A stretch of DNA of 64,000 bases from Haliotis rubra (Eukaryota), in the NCBI RefSeq assembly GCF_003918875.1, contig NW_025764970.1:62001-126000 (forward strand), given 5' to 3'. A program made the position numbers and the translations under genes. Below, piece by piece: positions 13,902-26,500 of the stretch. Below the pieces are notes generated by a model. The model searched no databases, was not told the DNA's origin, and saw nothing but the letters and a program-made list of their open reading frames with translations. Position 1 is the stretch's first letter. Each line of letters starts with the position of its first letter.

Positions 13902-14257
13902 CTCACGGAAAGAACCTGCGGTTTGAACACAGGATCAGCAGTCCTAACACGCCACCTAAGAAAATACTTCGTTACATCAGCTTTCCACCTCTGTCTGAAA
14001 CATATGATCTTTCTTGGAGCATGGTGTACGTCCTGCCATGCCACCCACAATGTGTGGTAAGAGTTATCGGCCTTTTCTGGAAAATATCTGGATGTGAATA
14101 TCTGAAATCTGACACATGAGATGCAGTTTGGACATTTGATTGGTTCTTTCCTATTTGTATGCGAGGTTACCCATCGACTCGCACAGTTCTTTGGGTGTGT
14201 CAGACGCAAATCTATCTCGCCTATAAGTAGTGTTTGGAAGAATGGACTACCCCAAAA

Positions 14258-14458
14258 GACCAGGGTTAGAATTGGTTTTCAGCATGCCATGCTTCTGGTA
14301 ACGGGCAGTTAACTGGATCAGACCAGCAGTCTTAATTGATACACTTCCAGTTGCGTAGATCGATGCTTCTGATGTCAATCACGGATTGTCTGATCCACAC
14401 TTGACCGTCTCAAATACCTGGATTGTTATTGACTGAGGTGTTCCAACAAACAGACAGA
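14258..14458 (+). mobile_element. SINE-like family B, old diverged copy
   Basis: gggttagaattgg...ttgcgtagatcgatgct...ggattgtctg. Confidence 0.6.
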
Positions 14459-16060
14459 TTGAAGGGTGCATTGATTATATTTAGTGAGTGGGTAGGTGAG
14501 TGAGTTTGATTCAAGCAGTAAATCAACAAGTAAAATCCGAATAGAGGCAAGTCTCAAACGTTGTCAAGTTTGATGAAACAAAAATGAGAACGAATATGGT
14601 GAAGACAAAGCTAGGAGCATCATCAAAGTGAATCTGGGATTCAAGCCAACAATTGTAGGTTTCCGCATAAACGAAATGGGATTCGAACCCGCGATCACAG
14701 GTTTATGGGTTGCCCATTGTATGCAGCTCCACTGAACGAATTGTGATGCCTTTTGGCGACTTGGCCGGGCAATGCAAGTATTCAGCTTCATTCATTACAA
14801 CACATAGCAGGGATAGTGTGAGCAAAACCAATTAAATGTTTAAAATTAAATGCTCATAAACGCCTAAACCTGCATTTTGGACACCGGAAGAAAGCCGTTT
14901 CCTGCTTTGAGCAAACCCATCTGACAAATCTCGAAACAAAATTGGGCCGATGTTAAACCCAATCATAGGTTTATGGCGTGCCCACGGGACGAAACTCTAC
15001 ACACAGCGAATAGCGAAGCCTCTCACAACTGGCCACCTGACGGCTGTGGTAGAGCATGGATTACAGAAATACTGCTCGGCAGAATGAAGGTCAGATATAT
15101 ATTTTTGGCTTGATGTGGGTTAATGAGTTCCGGCATGTCAATGTTATGTCATGATCTTCCCTGCTGCAGCAAATGTGATCAAAAGTAATCTCCCCTTGCC
15201 ATCTTCGTTCACTATCCGCCTTGGCAAACAAATGAGAGATTGCCAATGCGATAATTTCGGCGAAGCCACGTCCATTATCTGAGTAAACATAGTGATGATA
15301 CGCTTCCGAGCGAATCAATGCTCCGCTAATTGCTAAAACAATAGGAGGTGGACTTGGTCGTCGTCGGCCAAGATGTCAATATGCAGCGCATGTCGTGCAT
15401 GATGTTGCACGCTTCCGAACTCGACGTCGGTCACAATGTTAACGTATCAGATAATTCTCAACCATGTTATACGGGATAAGAATCGCATCAGATCAACATT
15501 GAATTTTACATCGCTGTGCTCAATGCAAATACACCCACCCACGTCGACAGCATTGCTGACGATAATGGACCTTGCATTTCTCAATACAAGCCTGAAGCGT
15601 GTACATGTGATCGCTAATGACTGTGATACGAAGCAGCTAGCGCGTTCATATAATACGATCCGATGATATTATCGGTTAGTTATTAATCTTTCTTTACACA
15701 CATATTAATGACATACATTCATGTGTCGCCATATCACAGCAGCAACTGTTTGTGTTCCCCTGCAAGACAGCGCCGTCGGAAGCTTCAGTGAGTGGGTTGG
15801 AGGGTGGATGGGTCTGGTGGCGGAATGAGTGAGTTTGCGGGCATGAATGAATGGGTAAGTGGGATGGTATAATTGTATTGGTTGTGGTTGTGTTGGTCGA
15901 TGTGTTTTGATGAGTGGATGGGTGGGGTTTAAGTGTGTGAGTAACTTTATCACACATGTTCCTTCTCTTCTCTCAACCATATTAATCAGACCTACATTCA
16001 AGGCATGACAAAGTTTTCCATTATACAATTCAATTGTATATTCAATATAATATATAATAC

Positions 16061-16227
16061 TGAGTGAGGGAGTGAGTCCAGTTTTACATCGCTTTTAGCA
16101 ATATTCCAGCAATATCGCGGCGGGGAACGCCAGAAATGGGCCTCACACACTGTACCCATGTGGGGAATCGAACCCGGGTCTTCGGCGTGACGAGCCAACA
16201 ATTTAACCACTAGGCTACCCACTGCTC
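16061..16227 (-). mobile_element. SINE family A
   Basis: A/B boxes and shared tail. Confidence 0.9.
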
Positions 16228-17069
16228 TATAATATATAATACATGTACATAATATATACTAATGATGAGATCAATATAAAAGTGAATTAGTTCAGCGTGA
16301 CTTACATTTCTTGCGCTTTAGATATCCCAAATAATTCGTAGTTTAACGAAATAAAAGGTCATATCGACCTTGTGAAGCGTAACGGTAAAATACCGTCACG
16401 ATGTCTCCCGAAATACCACACCACCTGTAACTGGTTCCATATGTCGCACTGAGGCAATAAACCCGGCCCTAGAAACTGTACGGCGCCCGACCCCCGATCC
16501 CCCGATCCACTCATCCCGCACTTCGATCTGTTCCAATGCCTCTCGGCACAGGGTGATTTATTCGCCTATTTTACCCAATTTAAGAGATGCATCCAGCGCG
16601 TCGCTATTTAGATTATCGAGTAAGACGACAATGTGCATTAGCCCATCAACTACAGTACAAGTACGGAAAATGGGGGCTGTTTGTAATGCCGAATTAACCA
16701 AAGTCTATGGTCTGGAAAGCTAAAAAGGGAGAAATCTATCTCCCGTAGACTTGGAATAATTGGGTTAATTCTTTAATATACTCACGATTTCCATGAGTTT
16801 GGATGTAACTGGAGTTGCGCTTGTTTAAAGGTTGCGTGATGGAGAACTTTTCTTGGAATGTACGGAAAGCGATCGAAATGTTATCCGCTTGTGAGTTTAC
16901 GTAATGATCTTTCGTGTTTATCCCTGAGAGCAAGCATTTGGTTTTCAGTTTAGGGCCGGGATTCTGTGTGAGATCAGAATGTTTTTAAGTCTTAAGGGGC
17001 TCGATTGTTTTTGCAAAAATTACAGATGACGAATTATCATTTAGTTAATAAAAATAACGAACTTTATAC

Positions 17070-17234
17070 TGAGTGAGTGAGTTTAGTTTTAAGCCGCTTT
17101 TAGCAATATTCCCTCAGTATCACGGCGGGGGACACCAGAAATTGGTTTCACACATTGTACCCATGTGGGGAATCGAACCCGGGTCTCCGGCGTGACGAGC
17201 GCACGCTTTAACCACTAGGCTACCCCATCTCCCC
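17070..17234 (-). mobile_element. SINE family A
   Basis: A/B boxes and shared tail. Confidence 0.9.
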
Positions 17235-17277
17235 TTTATTCTTCGTACACTCGAAAGAAATGAATACACACATTGTT

Positions 17278-18024
17278 TGACTTCTTTGAGTGGCACCCAC
17301 AAACCAAGAAACCCAGCCCCAAAAGGCGTACCCACAAACCAAGAAACCCAGCCCCAAAGGCGTAATCTACAAAATTGACTACAATTGTGGACTCTCATAC
17401 ACAGGAGAAACATCCAGGCCCGTCAACACTAGAATCAAGGAACATCAGACTTCAACCATCAAATCGGACCAGAAATCAGCCATTTCAGGCCACATAGCAA
17501 CTCATCCCAATCACCAAATCAACTGGACTGACTTCAACATCCTCGCTACAAACCAATCAGACTTTACCAAACGCAAGATAACTGAAGGAATTAACATCAA
17601 ACGATACCGACCACTGATTAATAGAGATCAAGGCTTCTTTATCCCCACTGCATACGATGAGCTCATCAATCAACCATAGCCTCTTGTAGAAACATCACTG
17701 GCTTCTACTGGCTTCTATGTGTATCCCCGTAGTCCTCTCCTACCCTTTATTCACTATCATCACATTGTTAATCGTGTACACATTCTATGCTCTGTGTATC
17801 ATTGGCTTCCACTGGCCTCTATGTTTATCCTTGTAATCCTCTGTTATCCCTTTATTTGTTATCATCACATTGTTATTCCGCCTTGCCTTGTTAATTAGTC
17901 TTGTTGTATATATATCACCTGTTCTCTCCCTGTACCATTCTCCCTTGAAAACGATGCAAGAACCTGTATCGAAACGTCGTGCTCTAGAATAAATAGAAGT
18001 TGTCATCCGTATATGCTTGTTCTA
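17278..18024 (+). mobile_element. 5'-truncated Penelope-like element: GIY-YIG C-terminus plus 3' pLTR/UTR with hammerhead-like motif
   Basis: ORF 17290..17679 GVIYKIDYNCGLSYTGETSR...INRDQG, similar to ORF 10009; 3' GAAACGTC...AATAAA; near-perfect TSD acacac(a/c)ttgtt at 17266-17277 and 18025-18036; tandem duplication of about 38 bp at the 5' end. Confidence 0.9.
17945..17978 (+). ncRNA. Minimal type I hammerhead-like motif (U3:A8 core variant) in a Penelope 3' repeat
   Basis: TTGAAAA-C-GATGC-(8 nt)-GTATC-GAAAC-GTC; stem II pairs, stem I weak. Confidence 0.5.
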
Positions 18025-18585
18025 ACACACCTTGTTGTCTGAAAGTGACAAAGGTTGATATGGACTAAGAAAAAGTATCAACAAAGTACGTTCGACTTCG
18101 GAGAAGAAATTGACGTCTCTTAAAGTCAGTTTACATTCACCGGGCTCCACTAGAGCTGAGGTGAAACCGGTGTCAATCAAAAGATAAATCACTTCGTCAG
18201 TGTTAAGCCTTATTTCATCTCTCGCTTGGGACTCTCCGAGACAAGCAATTAACGAATACATGATGAACTAAAGCAAGTGGAGGTCTCCCCACTGGTGACA
18301 TACATCCAGACTGTTGCTGGCAAACAGGTGTCAAATGCAACCAGGTGTCATGTGTCTTACTGCGGTTTTTGTCACTGGGCTATCAATCGTTCATTTCAGT
18401 GTGTAATTTCACCTTTCCACTTTGAGTTTGACGTCGTCGTTTTTCATAGACACATGCCATTAACAGTATTTTAACATTGATGTGCAATCTGTCAACTTCC
18501 TCTCTGGCGTTTAAATGTCTGGACTCACGCTGAAGTCATCTACAACTAACTTCAGAAAATGTTTTGCATCTTGTGACCATTAAGT

Positions 18586-18826
18586 GAGTGAGTGAGTGAG
18601 TTTAGTTTTACGCTGCTCTCAGCAATATTCCAGCTATATGGCGGCGGTCTGTAAATAATCGAGTCTGGACCAGACAACCCAATGATCAACAGTATGAGCA
18701 TCGATCTACGCATACGATGACATGTGTCAACCAAGTCAGCGAGCCTGACCACCCGATCCTGTTAGTCGCCTCTTACGACAAGTATGGGTTACTGAAGATC
18801 AATTCTAACCCGGATCTTCACGGGTT
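18586..18826 (-). mobile_element. SINE-like family B, full length
   Basis: Head acccgtgaagatccgggttagaattgatcttc; TSD gaccattaagt at 18575-18585 and 18829-18839. Confidence 0.9.
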
Positions 18827-18991
18827 GCGACCATTAAGTTATCTGTTACATTAGGTACTGGTGACTTTCAAATCTCCCAAGCAAAAGCTTCTACTCGAAA
18901 ACAATCTCCGAGGGAAAGCCCCAGCAAGCTACGTGCTTTCTGAAACCGAGCAGTACTACTTGTGGGGTCAGTGCCGTTCCTGAACTCAGTA

Positions 18992-19153
18992 ATGAGTGAG
19001 TTTTGTTTTACGCCACTTTTAGCAATATTCCAGCAATATCACGGCGAGGAACACCAGAAATGGGAGTCACACATTGTACCCATGTTGGGAATCGAACCCG
19101 GGTCTTCGGCGTGACGAGCGAACGCTTTAACCACCAGGCTACACCACCACCCC
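18992..19153 (-). mobile_element. SINE family A
   Basis: A/B boxes and shared tail. Confidence 0.9.
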
Positions 19154-19584
19154 TCACGCAGTAGAGGTTCACGTGTTCGTATGGAAACTCAGAGAAGTGC
19201 TGAACGAAAACCAAGTAAGGACGAAAAGCAACAGGACATAGTCATTCCGAGTAATTTCAGTGCTATGGACGTTCTAGCCTCTGCTTCCATTGGGTTGGGA
19301 CATAACTCTCCCAAGTGCCACTTCCAGTGCTTGTGGTAAGAGCAGACTAAAACGGGTATCGGTTGACCCCACGACGTGACCTCGACTAAGGTCCACGTGG
19401 AACGACTACGGTCCCAGCACTCATGAATGCATGTTTTCAGATGACACCAACACAATGGCGTGTCATAATCACAGCTTCCTTGTTGATGACATAACACAAA
19501 ACAAGAGTTTATTGTAATTGCCAGAAATTTCCAGCATTTAATAAATATCATCACATGACAATAGCATTAAGCATTTTGAAAGTA

Positions 19585-19747
19585 TGATCTGGGTATTTTT
19601 AGAAGATGGTGAGTAAGAAGAAAGTAAGATACTTTAGGATAACAACTTCTTTATTATAATGATACCATTATTATACATGAATCTATACCGAAACGTCGCA
19701 TCATATATAATAAACAAGTTGTTATCCATAAAGTGTCTTACTTTCTT
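19585..19747. mobile_element. Short Penelope-end hairpin insertion (tail plus inverted pLTR ends)
   Basis: Inverted arms at about 19618-19657 and 19706-19747; CCGAAACGTCG...AATAAA; TSD attttgaaagta at 19573-19584 and 19748-19759. Confidence 0.75.
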
Positions 19748-19836
19748 ATTTTGAAAGTACATCTTAAAATAACACACAAACCTCCCCAAGTATTTTGGAG
19801 TACTGGAACCCCATCAGGTCTATGGGTGGGATATAA

Positions 19837-20070
19837 GTGAGTGAGTTTAGTTTTACGCCACACCCTGTAATATTCCAGCTATATGGGGGTGGTGTGTAAA
19901 TAATCGGGTCTGGACCAGACAATCCAGTGATCAACAGTATGATCATCGATCTACGCATACGATGACATGTGTCAACCACGTCAGCGAGCCTGACCACCCG
20001 AACCTGTTTGTCGCTTCTTACGATAAGCACGGGATATTGAAGATCAATTCTAACCCGGATCCTCACGGGT
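19837..20070 (-). mobile_element. SINE-like family B, full length
   Basis: Similarity to other B copies. Confidence 0.85.
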
Positions 20071-21869
20071 TGGTGATACAAGACGTACCACCCACGACGG
20101 AGGTAAAGTGTATCTGTGAGTTTTCCCTGTGTGCTGGGGTGCGACAAGCGTCCCCGAGCGGCAGCCTCAAACGTTAGAATGTTCCCGTGGTGTACGTTCT
20201 GCTGAAGATACAATCACTCAACTAGTCATCTGGTTTACACGCTGGATCGTTCAAATAACACTCCTGGGGGCATATCTGACTAAGATACATGTAATTATGT
20301 ATATACGAATGGTTGTGCGGTGGTAATCCCACACAGTTTCTTTGAAAGTATCATTATACCATGTTCAGCTACATACGTATAACATAACCTTTGTGTGTTT
20401 TGTAACCTGACAGCCCATTGCAACAACTTGACATGAGATTCATGGGACTCAAACACAAACTAGGCATTTCACTTTTGTTTGTCATATCAAATCGCCACCA
20501 TGACATAATACCAGACTCCATTCAAATACAGCAGGTTGTAATTACTTGGTATTCAACATGGCTACTGTGGAGGCCATATTGAAAGTAAGTCCGGTTTTCA
20601 AAATGGCCAAGATTACTTGGTAATGGTCTTTTTACTTAATTCGTGATGTTGATAAAGTCGCTTTGCTCGGAAACTATAGGAAGATGAACATAACCGCAGA
20701 TAAAGGTAGAGAAGCTGACAGGGTCTTATGAGTAACAGTGGTAAGGGTATGTTTTATAGCAACAGGGCAAAAAACATCCACAGTAGCGGGCAAGCTTGAG
20801 ATAAGAAAACATGCTATTATTTCACGTGGGAATTAATCTTTAGTTTTGGCAGAGACGTGATACACAGGAGAAATACGGCCATTGGACACCGTGATACGGA
20901 CGTTTGAAATTAATATTTTATATTTATGTTTATCAAAGCACACTGAACGGAATAACGAGCACAAGGCGATGTATGACATTGAATAAATAATCTGTTATGA
21001 AAGTCATAATACAGTATGTTCTACAATTACCAAGCATGCGCCATTAGATCAGGACAGAGCATACTGATGCATAACGATATAGCCTTATGTTAATAACTGT
21101 GTCCACACATTTATGAATCTCAAAGACCTCCACTTAAAACAACATCTGTGTTTAGTTCAACTAAAGAATCCCATTCATACCTCTACGCTGTGAATACGTC
21201 ACGAGCACAACTGAAATATATCTCACGCAAACAACCAAAGAGTACCCGACAAGTAGGTTATATTCTGCCTGAAATGCGTCACAGAAAGGTATCTACAAAT
21301 AACTCAAACATCTATTTCCATCCCTGTTATCGAAGCATACAAAACGTTTCTACTTGTGGAATTACAGGTGACTGGGTATAAAGTAAACTTACTGTACCAC
21401 ACCACCAATAACTCAATTGTCTTGTCAACGTGAATGACATAGGTTAAAATATGCAGCTGTCGTCGAATTGTATTCACGTGTGATCAATGCACCACTCTTT
21501 CGGAATAAACAATTTTCCGCGTTTGACCTAAGTTATAAAGGCTTTATTATGCACCTGGGAAAACATTAAGTGCCCCTACTCATGGTCGCGCGACCGAAAC
21601 TGTAATTGTGTAAAATCCATTTGTTAATGACACACGACACGAACGGTTATCCATGCCTTCGTTGGGAATGTCTTCCGGCGATAATGGCGCGCAAAGCAAG
21701 TACATGTAACAAGCCAGTCTCGAAAGCTGAAAAGAAGCGCAGTTGAATATTATCCTGGACTTTAGTCTTCATTCAACATGGCTTGTAGCGGATAATCAGG
21801 GGCGAACATTAGCGAATACTGGGTTTATTCACGTTGGATACTACGTCACCGCTAGGTTGCCGTCATTCA

Positions 21870-22480
21870 ACCATCAACATATTGGCAGAAGAAACATCGG
21901 CACACGTATGAGGTGAAGGTGCGTGCAGCAGTGACCTGCTCGCTTCGTGATGCGACAAACACTTCCCACAAGCTGCTCTCCAAATAAAGGGACGCCACTC
22001 AAACAACTGCCACCACATGCATTGAGAAATGGACATAACGTGATGTTTGACGTCATGGTTTTCCTATGGCGTATATTCTGGTGTTACAAAACTTCACAGG
22101 CCTCCCTTGGTAGCAGATCAGTCATGGTGTTGGGTTGCCAATCCCCTGACCTCGAGCTTGACATGGTCACTCAGCAGTGGAGGGACGGGTGGCAGGTACA
22201 TGCGTTAATGGACCTGCTGTGCCACAACGGGACAACAACGGGAGACGACACCGTTCTCGACAGGTAACATAGTTCCTCCAGAAGACGTCATCAGCCCTTC
22301 AGTGCCCACGGGGAGAGAAGCTGAACTCGTCAGTAACCAATGTAGAGGAACTGGAATGGCAAAAGTGACCCCAGGAACTCCCGAGGCATCTCACAAGAGG
22401 TTCTAAAAATTTGCCCGGTTATCCGGGCACGTGGCAGCTTTCACGCTTTCAGCAATAGTGGGACCATAACGGACACTGTT
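21870..22480 (+). mobile_element. Tc1/mariner transposase relic
   Basis: Degenerate SVMVLGC (cf. GSVMVWG), QRDN..RRH (cf. QDNARPH) and later DLSPIE/GGHTRY-like remnants in the expected order. Confidence 0.45.
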
Positions 22481-23448
22481 ACCTACAACTCACCTGCCAC
22501 TCTATCATTCACTTTACGTACCAACTGTCCAACTTACGAACAATTAAATGTCCATCAACAAAAACCACTTTCAAAATGTCATGACGGCTCTCCAAAAGTT
22601 CTCTTCAAGAACACATGTTCTGGTTTCTATACCATATATACAATATATGTGTGAGGGAATCTCATTGCCAAAATAGCAAGGTGAAATTAGTAACAGAATA
22701 TCCATAGTCACATGAAGACACACCCGACCATGTCGCAGAAGGCACTACCTTTATACACTCTCAAATGTATTTATCTTTTGTATTTGTCATGACAGCGAAA
22801 AAGAACGTGATCCTAAACCTCGTTAATATATCCAATGTGTATTTCAGACTGTAGTCACAGATAGCGACTATTGAGAGTTCGCTAGTTGTAAAATGTTTGG
22901 AAATTGATATTTTTCCTGGTGACCATTAACTTGTCTACAGTAACTGACACGTGACAAGATCCTTGACATGCCATATCCAAACGTCTTTCGCCTTACGCTT
23001 GAAACACTTGACTTGTCTGTAAGACGTACTGTACTGTCTGTTTGCATTAATGAACCTGTAGCACAAATATCTTGTCTTTGGTTTCAGACACGGCACATCC
23101 TTAAGAGTTGGGTCAAAGGATGTGTGTCCGGTTGCAGGTGGCATTTAGCAATGACATTATTAATACACAAATGATGGCACCAATGGCACAGTGGCACCTT
23201 TAATTGTGACTGCTGGACAAGGCGAAATGGCTACAGTCTGGATAACTGCACTGGTCTTTTAATTAACCTAAGACGAATAACTTCAATGGTATATTACGAC
23301 GACAACAAGAGGCTACAACAGTGGCCTTGTCGGTTGTATACGGTTCTATTGCAAGTGCATACTAAATGACAATGCTGTTTCTTCTGTTTCGACTGGTTTC
23401 AAGCACCTCCGCGTCAGTTTAGCAGGCAAACACTGTTATGTGGACGTA

Positions 23449-23535
23449 TCAGAAAGGTGATATTCTCTCCATGAAGCTGCCCGTCCGGTGTAGTCGTTCT
23501 GGCTCTGAGGAGCTGTGGCGCTTGTACATAGGGGA
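23449..23535 (-). CDS. ksr3: Terminal coding exon of the KSR3-like gene: SPMYKRHSSSEPERLHRTGSFMERISPF*
   Basis: Acceptor tctatttcag, phase 0, RAF-type C-terminal 14-3-3 motif (cf. BRAF RSASEP), TGA stop. Confidence 0.88.
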   Translation of the reverse strand, partial: SPMYKRHSSSEPERLHRTGSFMERISPF

Positions 23536-26500
23536 CTGAAATAGAATAACCTTTCTATTACCATTGCTCACGACTGAAAATGTATAACGAAATCAGCCGC
23601 GCTTCATATTTTCCTCTTGGTCAAGCAACGATGAGTCGCTGAGTAAATTTGGTTTATCGCGACTTGCAACAATTTATCGGTTATTTCTCATATTGTGGCG
23701 GGAGGAAAGGTAAAGCAGGTTGCGAATGTCTACAACTCAAATAATAACAAGAAACGGTCAATGGTAATAGCACAGTGTGTCCCAGTGCAACTACGCGCTT
23801 TAGCCCACAAACCAACATAAGAACGACCACGCGATCTGCAAAATGTTAAATGTTTGAAGGAATGGCCCAACGACACCGTCGTTACAGAACCAGAAAAGAC
23901 AAGGGAAGCGACCTTTCTGGGGTGTTAGGTTTGTTAGCATTCTACCAATCCAGGTGGGTTCCACCAAAGGAATCGGGTTTAACACCGCCGTGCGTGGGTG
24001 CGTGCGTCCGTAATCTCTTTGGTATAAAGTGGGAGGTAAACCCCGAATAGTTCGCAGGTCACCCGAGTCGCCTCAATGTACATAAGTTAACAAGGCATAC
24101 TGTATTCAGCTGTCAAACCTTATTAGCTAGGACGGTAAAACAAAACCCCGCAAAGAATCATACAAATATATGTTCCCTCTCATTTTGTGGTTATATGTGT
24201 TGTTTTTGCTCCTCCAACTTACATTCTTGAGTAGTTCTTTACTGAGCTCGGGAAAGTCCGGCCGATAGCAAGGTTCGTGGGCCCAACAGTCCTCTATCAA
24301 ATCCTGCAGCAGAGTGTTTATCCAAACAAAATCGTTAGTTTGTAAAATATGAGACAGAGCCCTAGAGATCTGAACACCTACTAAAACTTGTTACGAAGTG
24401 GAAACTCAAATTGATTATCCTGAAAGTATCATGTACATGTATTTCAATACTGCACATAAATATAATAACATGTGACGCCTGGAGCTGCACAGGGATTTAA
24501 GGGACAACTCACTGGTGCCTTGTCATCCGAGACATTCCAAGAGGCAATTTACAACCACCTTTCACTGTATAACCAGATTATTTACAGACCGCCCTCATTA
24601 AGCTACATAACTGCTGACCGCCTCCGTAGTGTTGTGGTTAGAGCGTCCGCCCGGAGAGCGGAAGGTCGCGGGTTCGATCCCCGACCGCGTCATACCAAAA
24701 GACGTTAAAATATGGTACTTGTTGGTCCCTGCCTGGCGCTCGGCATTAATGGGTACAACGAGGACTGGTCGGCTCGGAGTCAGTATAATGTGTCTTGAGT
24801 GGGGTATTCATGCTTCACTGCGGCATGGTATCTCAGTGGGCTAGCACTATAAAACCAGCTTCAGTCTGGGCTAGTACAAGCAGCCACACATACACATACA
24901 CACGCATGCACGTCATCATATGAGCGAAATATTCTCAAGCACGACGTTAAAACCCAATTTCACCTCACCTCACATAACTGCTTAGATGACTTTTCAACAG
25001 GAAACAACAATAAACACGGTGTTATCAAGCCATCCGATATTATTCATGACTGGAAATGTGAACCACAAACCTTCAAGGCGGAAGAACAGGTGAGGTTGGT
25101 CAGCCCCTGCCGTCGACCCTTGCACACCTGCCAAATGAGGCTCTCAACCGGCACGTCATTGTAGGGAAAGCGCCCACTCAAGACCTCATACATCACGGTT
25201 CTGGAATTAGCAAATGTTTCATTGATTGCTACATTTGCGTTAATTAGCGTTTATTTTTTCTACCATGATTTTGTTGTAAAGCAATGCATTGTTGGAAAAA
25301 TAATCTGAAAATGCACTAGTAATTTTGCATTTGAGCGATTCAACTGTGACTAATTGTTGTTGTACGTTATTCCTCGTCCACTTACAGTGACCCCAACCTG
25401 CACATACATAACTACCACAACCCCGACAAGGCGAGGAACAGAACATGTCGATGTACGATAAAGCAGTCTCTTAAGTTTCAAACAAATCCCACAGTCTTGC
25501 TTGTACCCTGAAATTATGCAATCATGCTTGAAATACCCCATAAAAGACACACATATCTGAGGTTCCGTCAAACAAATGCTTGAATCATGCATGTCATATG
25601 TACACAATACATACACCCAACCTGCAGACCTAACCAAGTGAGTGAGGGAGTGAGGTTTGAAGCTGCTTTTTAATGTATTGTAATTATATGACGGTGTCAG
25701 TGTAATGTGACAGGAAAACCCATAGTGATGCAGGGTCCCGCTTCACAGAGCTATCGTAACGCTACGACTGTCGTACCTCCAGTACTGCAACATAGACTTA
25801 CGGCAGTAGCTTTCTGAAACGAGGCCCAGGTCTCTGATCTTTACCAATTTGGTGAAACCCAAAGCATGAATGGTTGTGACAGCCTAAACATAGGAGCGAA
25901 CAGGAATTCAAACCCCAAATCAGGTTCTTTTGTCCCCCGCAGCTAAAGAAGAACGAAATATTAATAACATATTTACTACTTTTTATATTTTTGCCAGGTA
26001 AAAGATGCCTGAAACGACTGGTGTCTGTATAATCACCCAATGTAGGCTGTCAACACAATTGAAGACACTTGGTGCAACGTTTTATGACATATTGCGTTAA
26101 CAAGAGTTTAAAAGGTGGTCAAAGTAGCGTGTTGACCTTGAAAATAAGGTCGAGGTCACCATAATGTGACTGGTGTCTGCGTAATCCCTCAATGTAGGCT
26201 GCCACCAAAGTTGAAGACATTGGGTACAACAGTTCATGAGATATCGCGTTAACAAGAATTGGGACGTACGTACGGACGGGAAAAGTTATGAGACAAGAAT
26301 ATACATACTGAAGGGTACATACTGAAGGGTACATACTGACAGGGTACATACTGAAGGGTACATACTGACAGGGTACATACTGAAGGGTACATACTGACAG
26401 GGTACATACTGAAATATACATACTGACAGGGTACATACTGACAGGATACACTTGAGGTCCACGGAAACTAGCTCACGGTTAAGATGACCTAAAAATCCAT

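Noticed and set aside
15091-15318. SDNGRGF motif reminiscent of an integrase core
   Set aside because: Single short motif with no other DDE context that I can align; would need a profile search.
18755-18826. Assigning the family B head to a known ribozyme class (HDV-like, twister, pistol, twister-sister)
   Set aside because: Helix order and conserved nucleotides did not fit by manual comparison; kept only as an unclassified structured-RNA candidate.
25386-25507. Exon-like segment with good splice signals inside a KSR3-like intron (another at 26549-26744)
   Set aside because: Translation does not fit the kinase domain, which is already complete and in phase without it.
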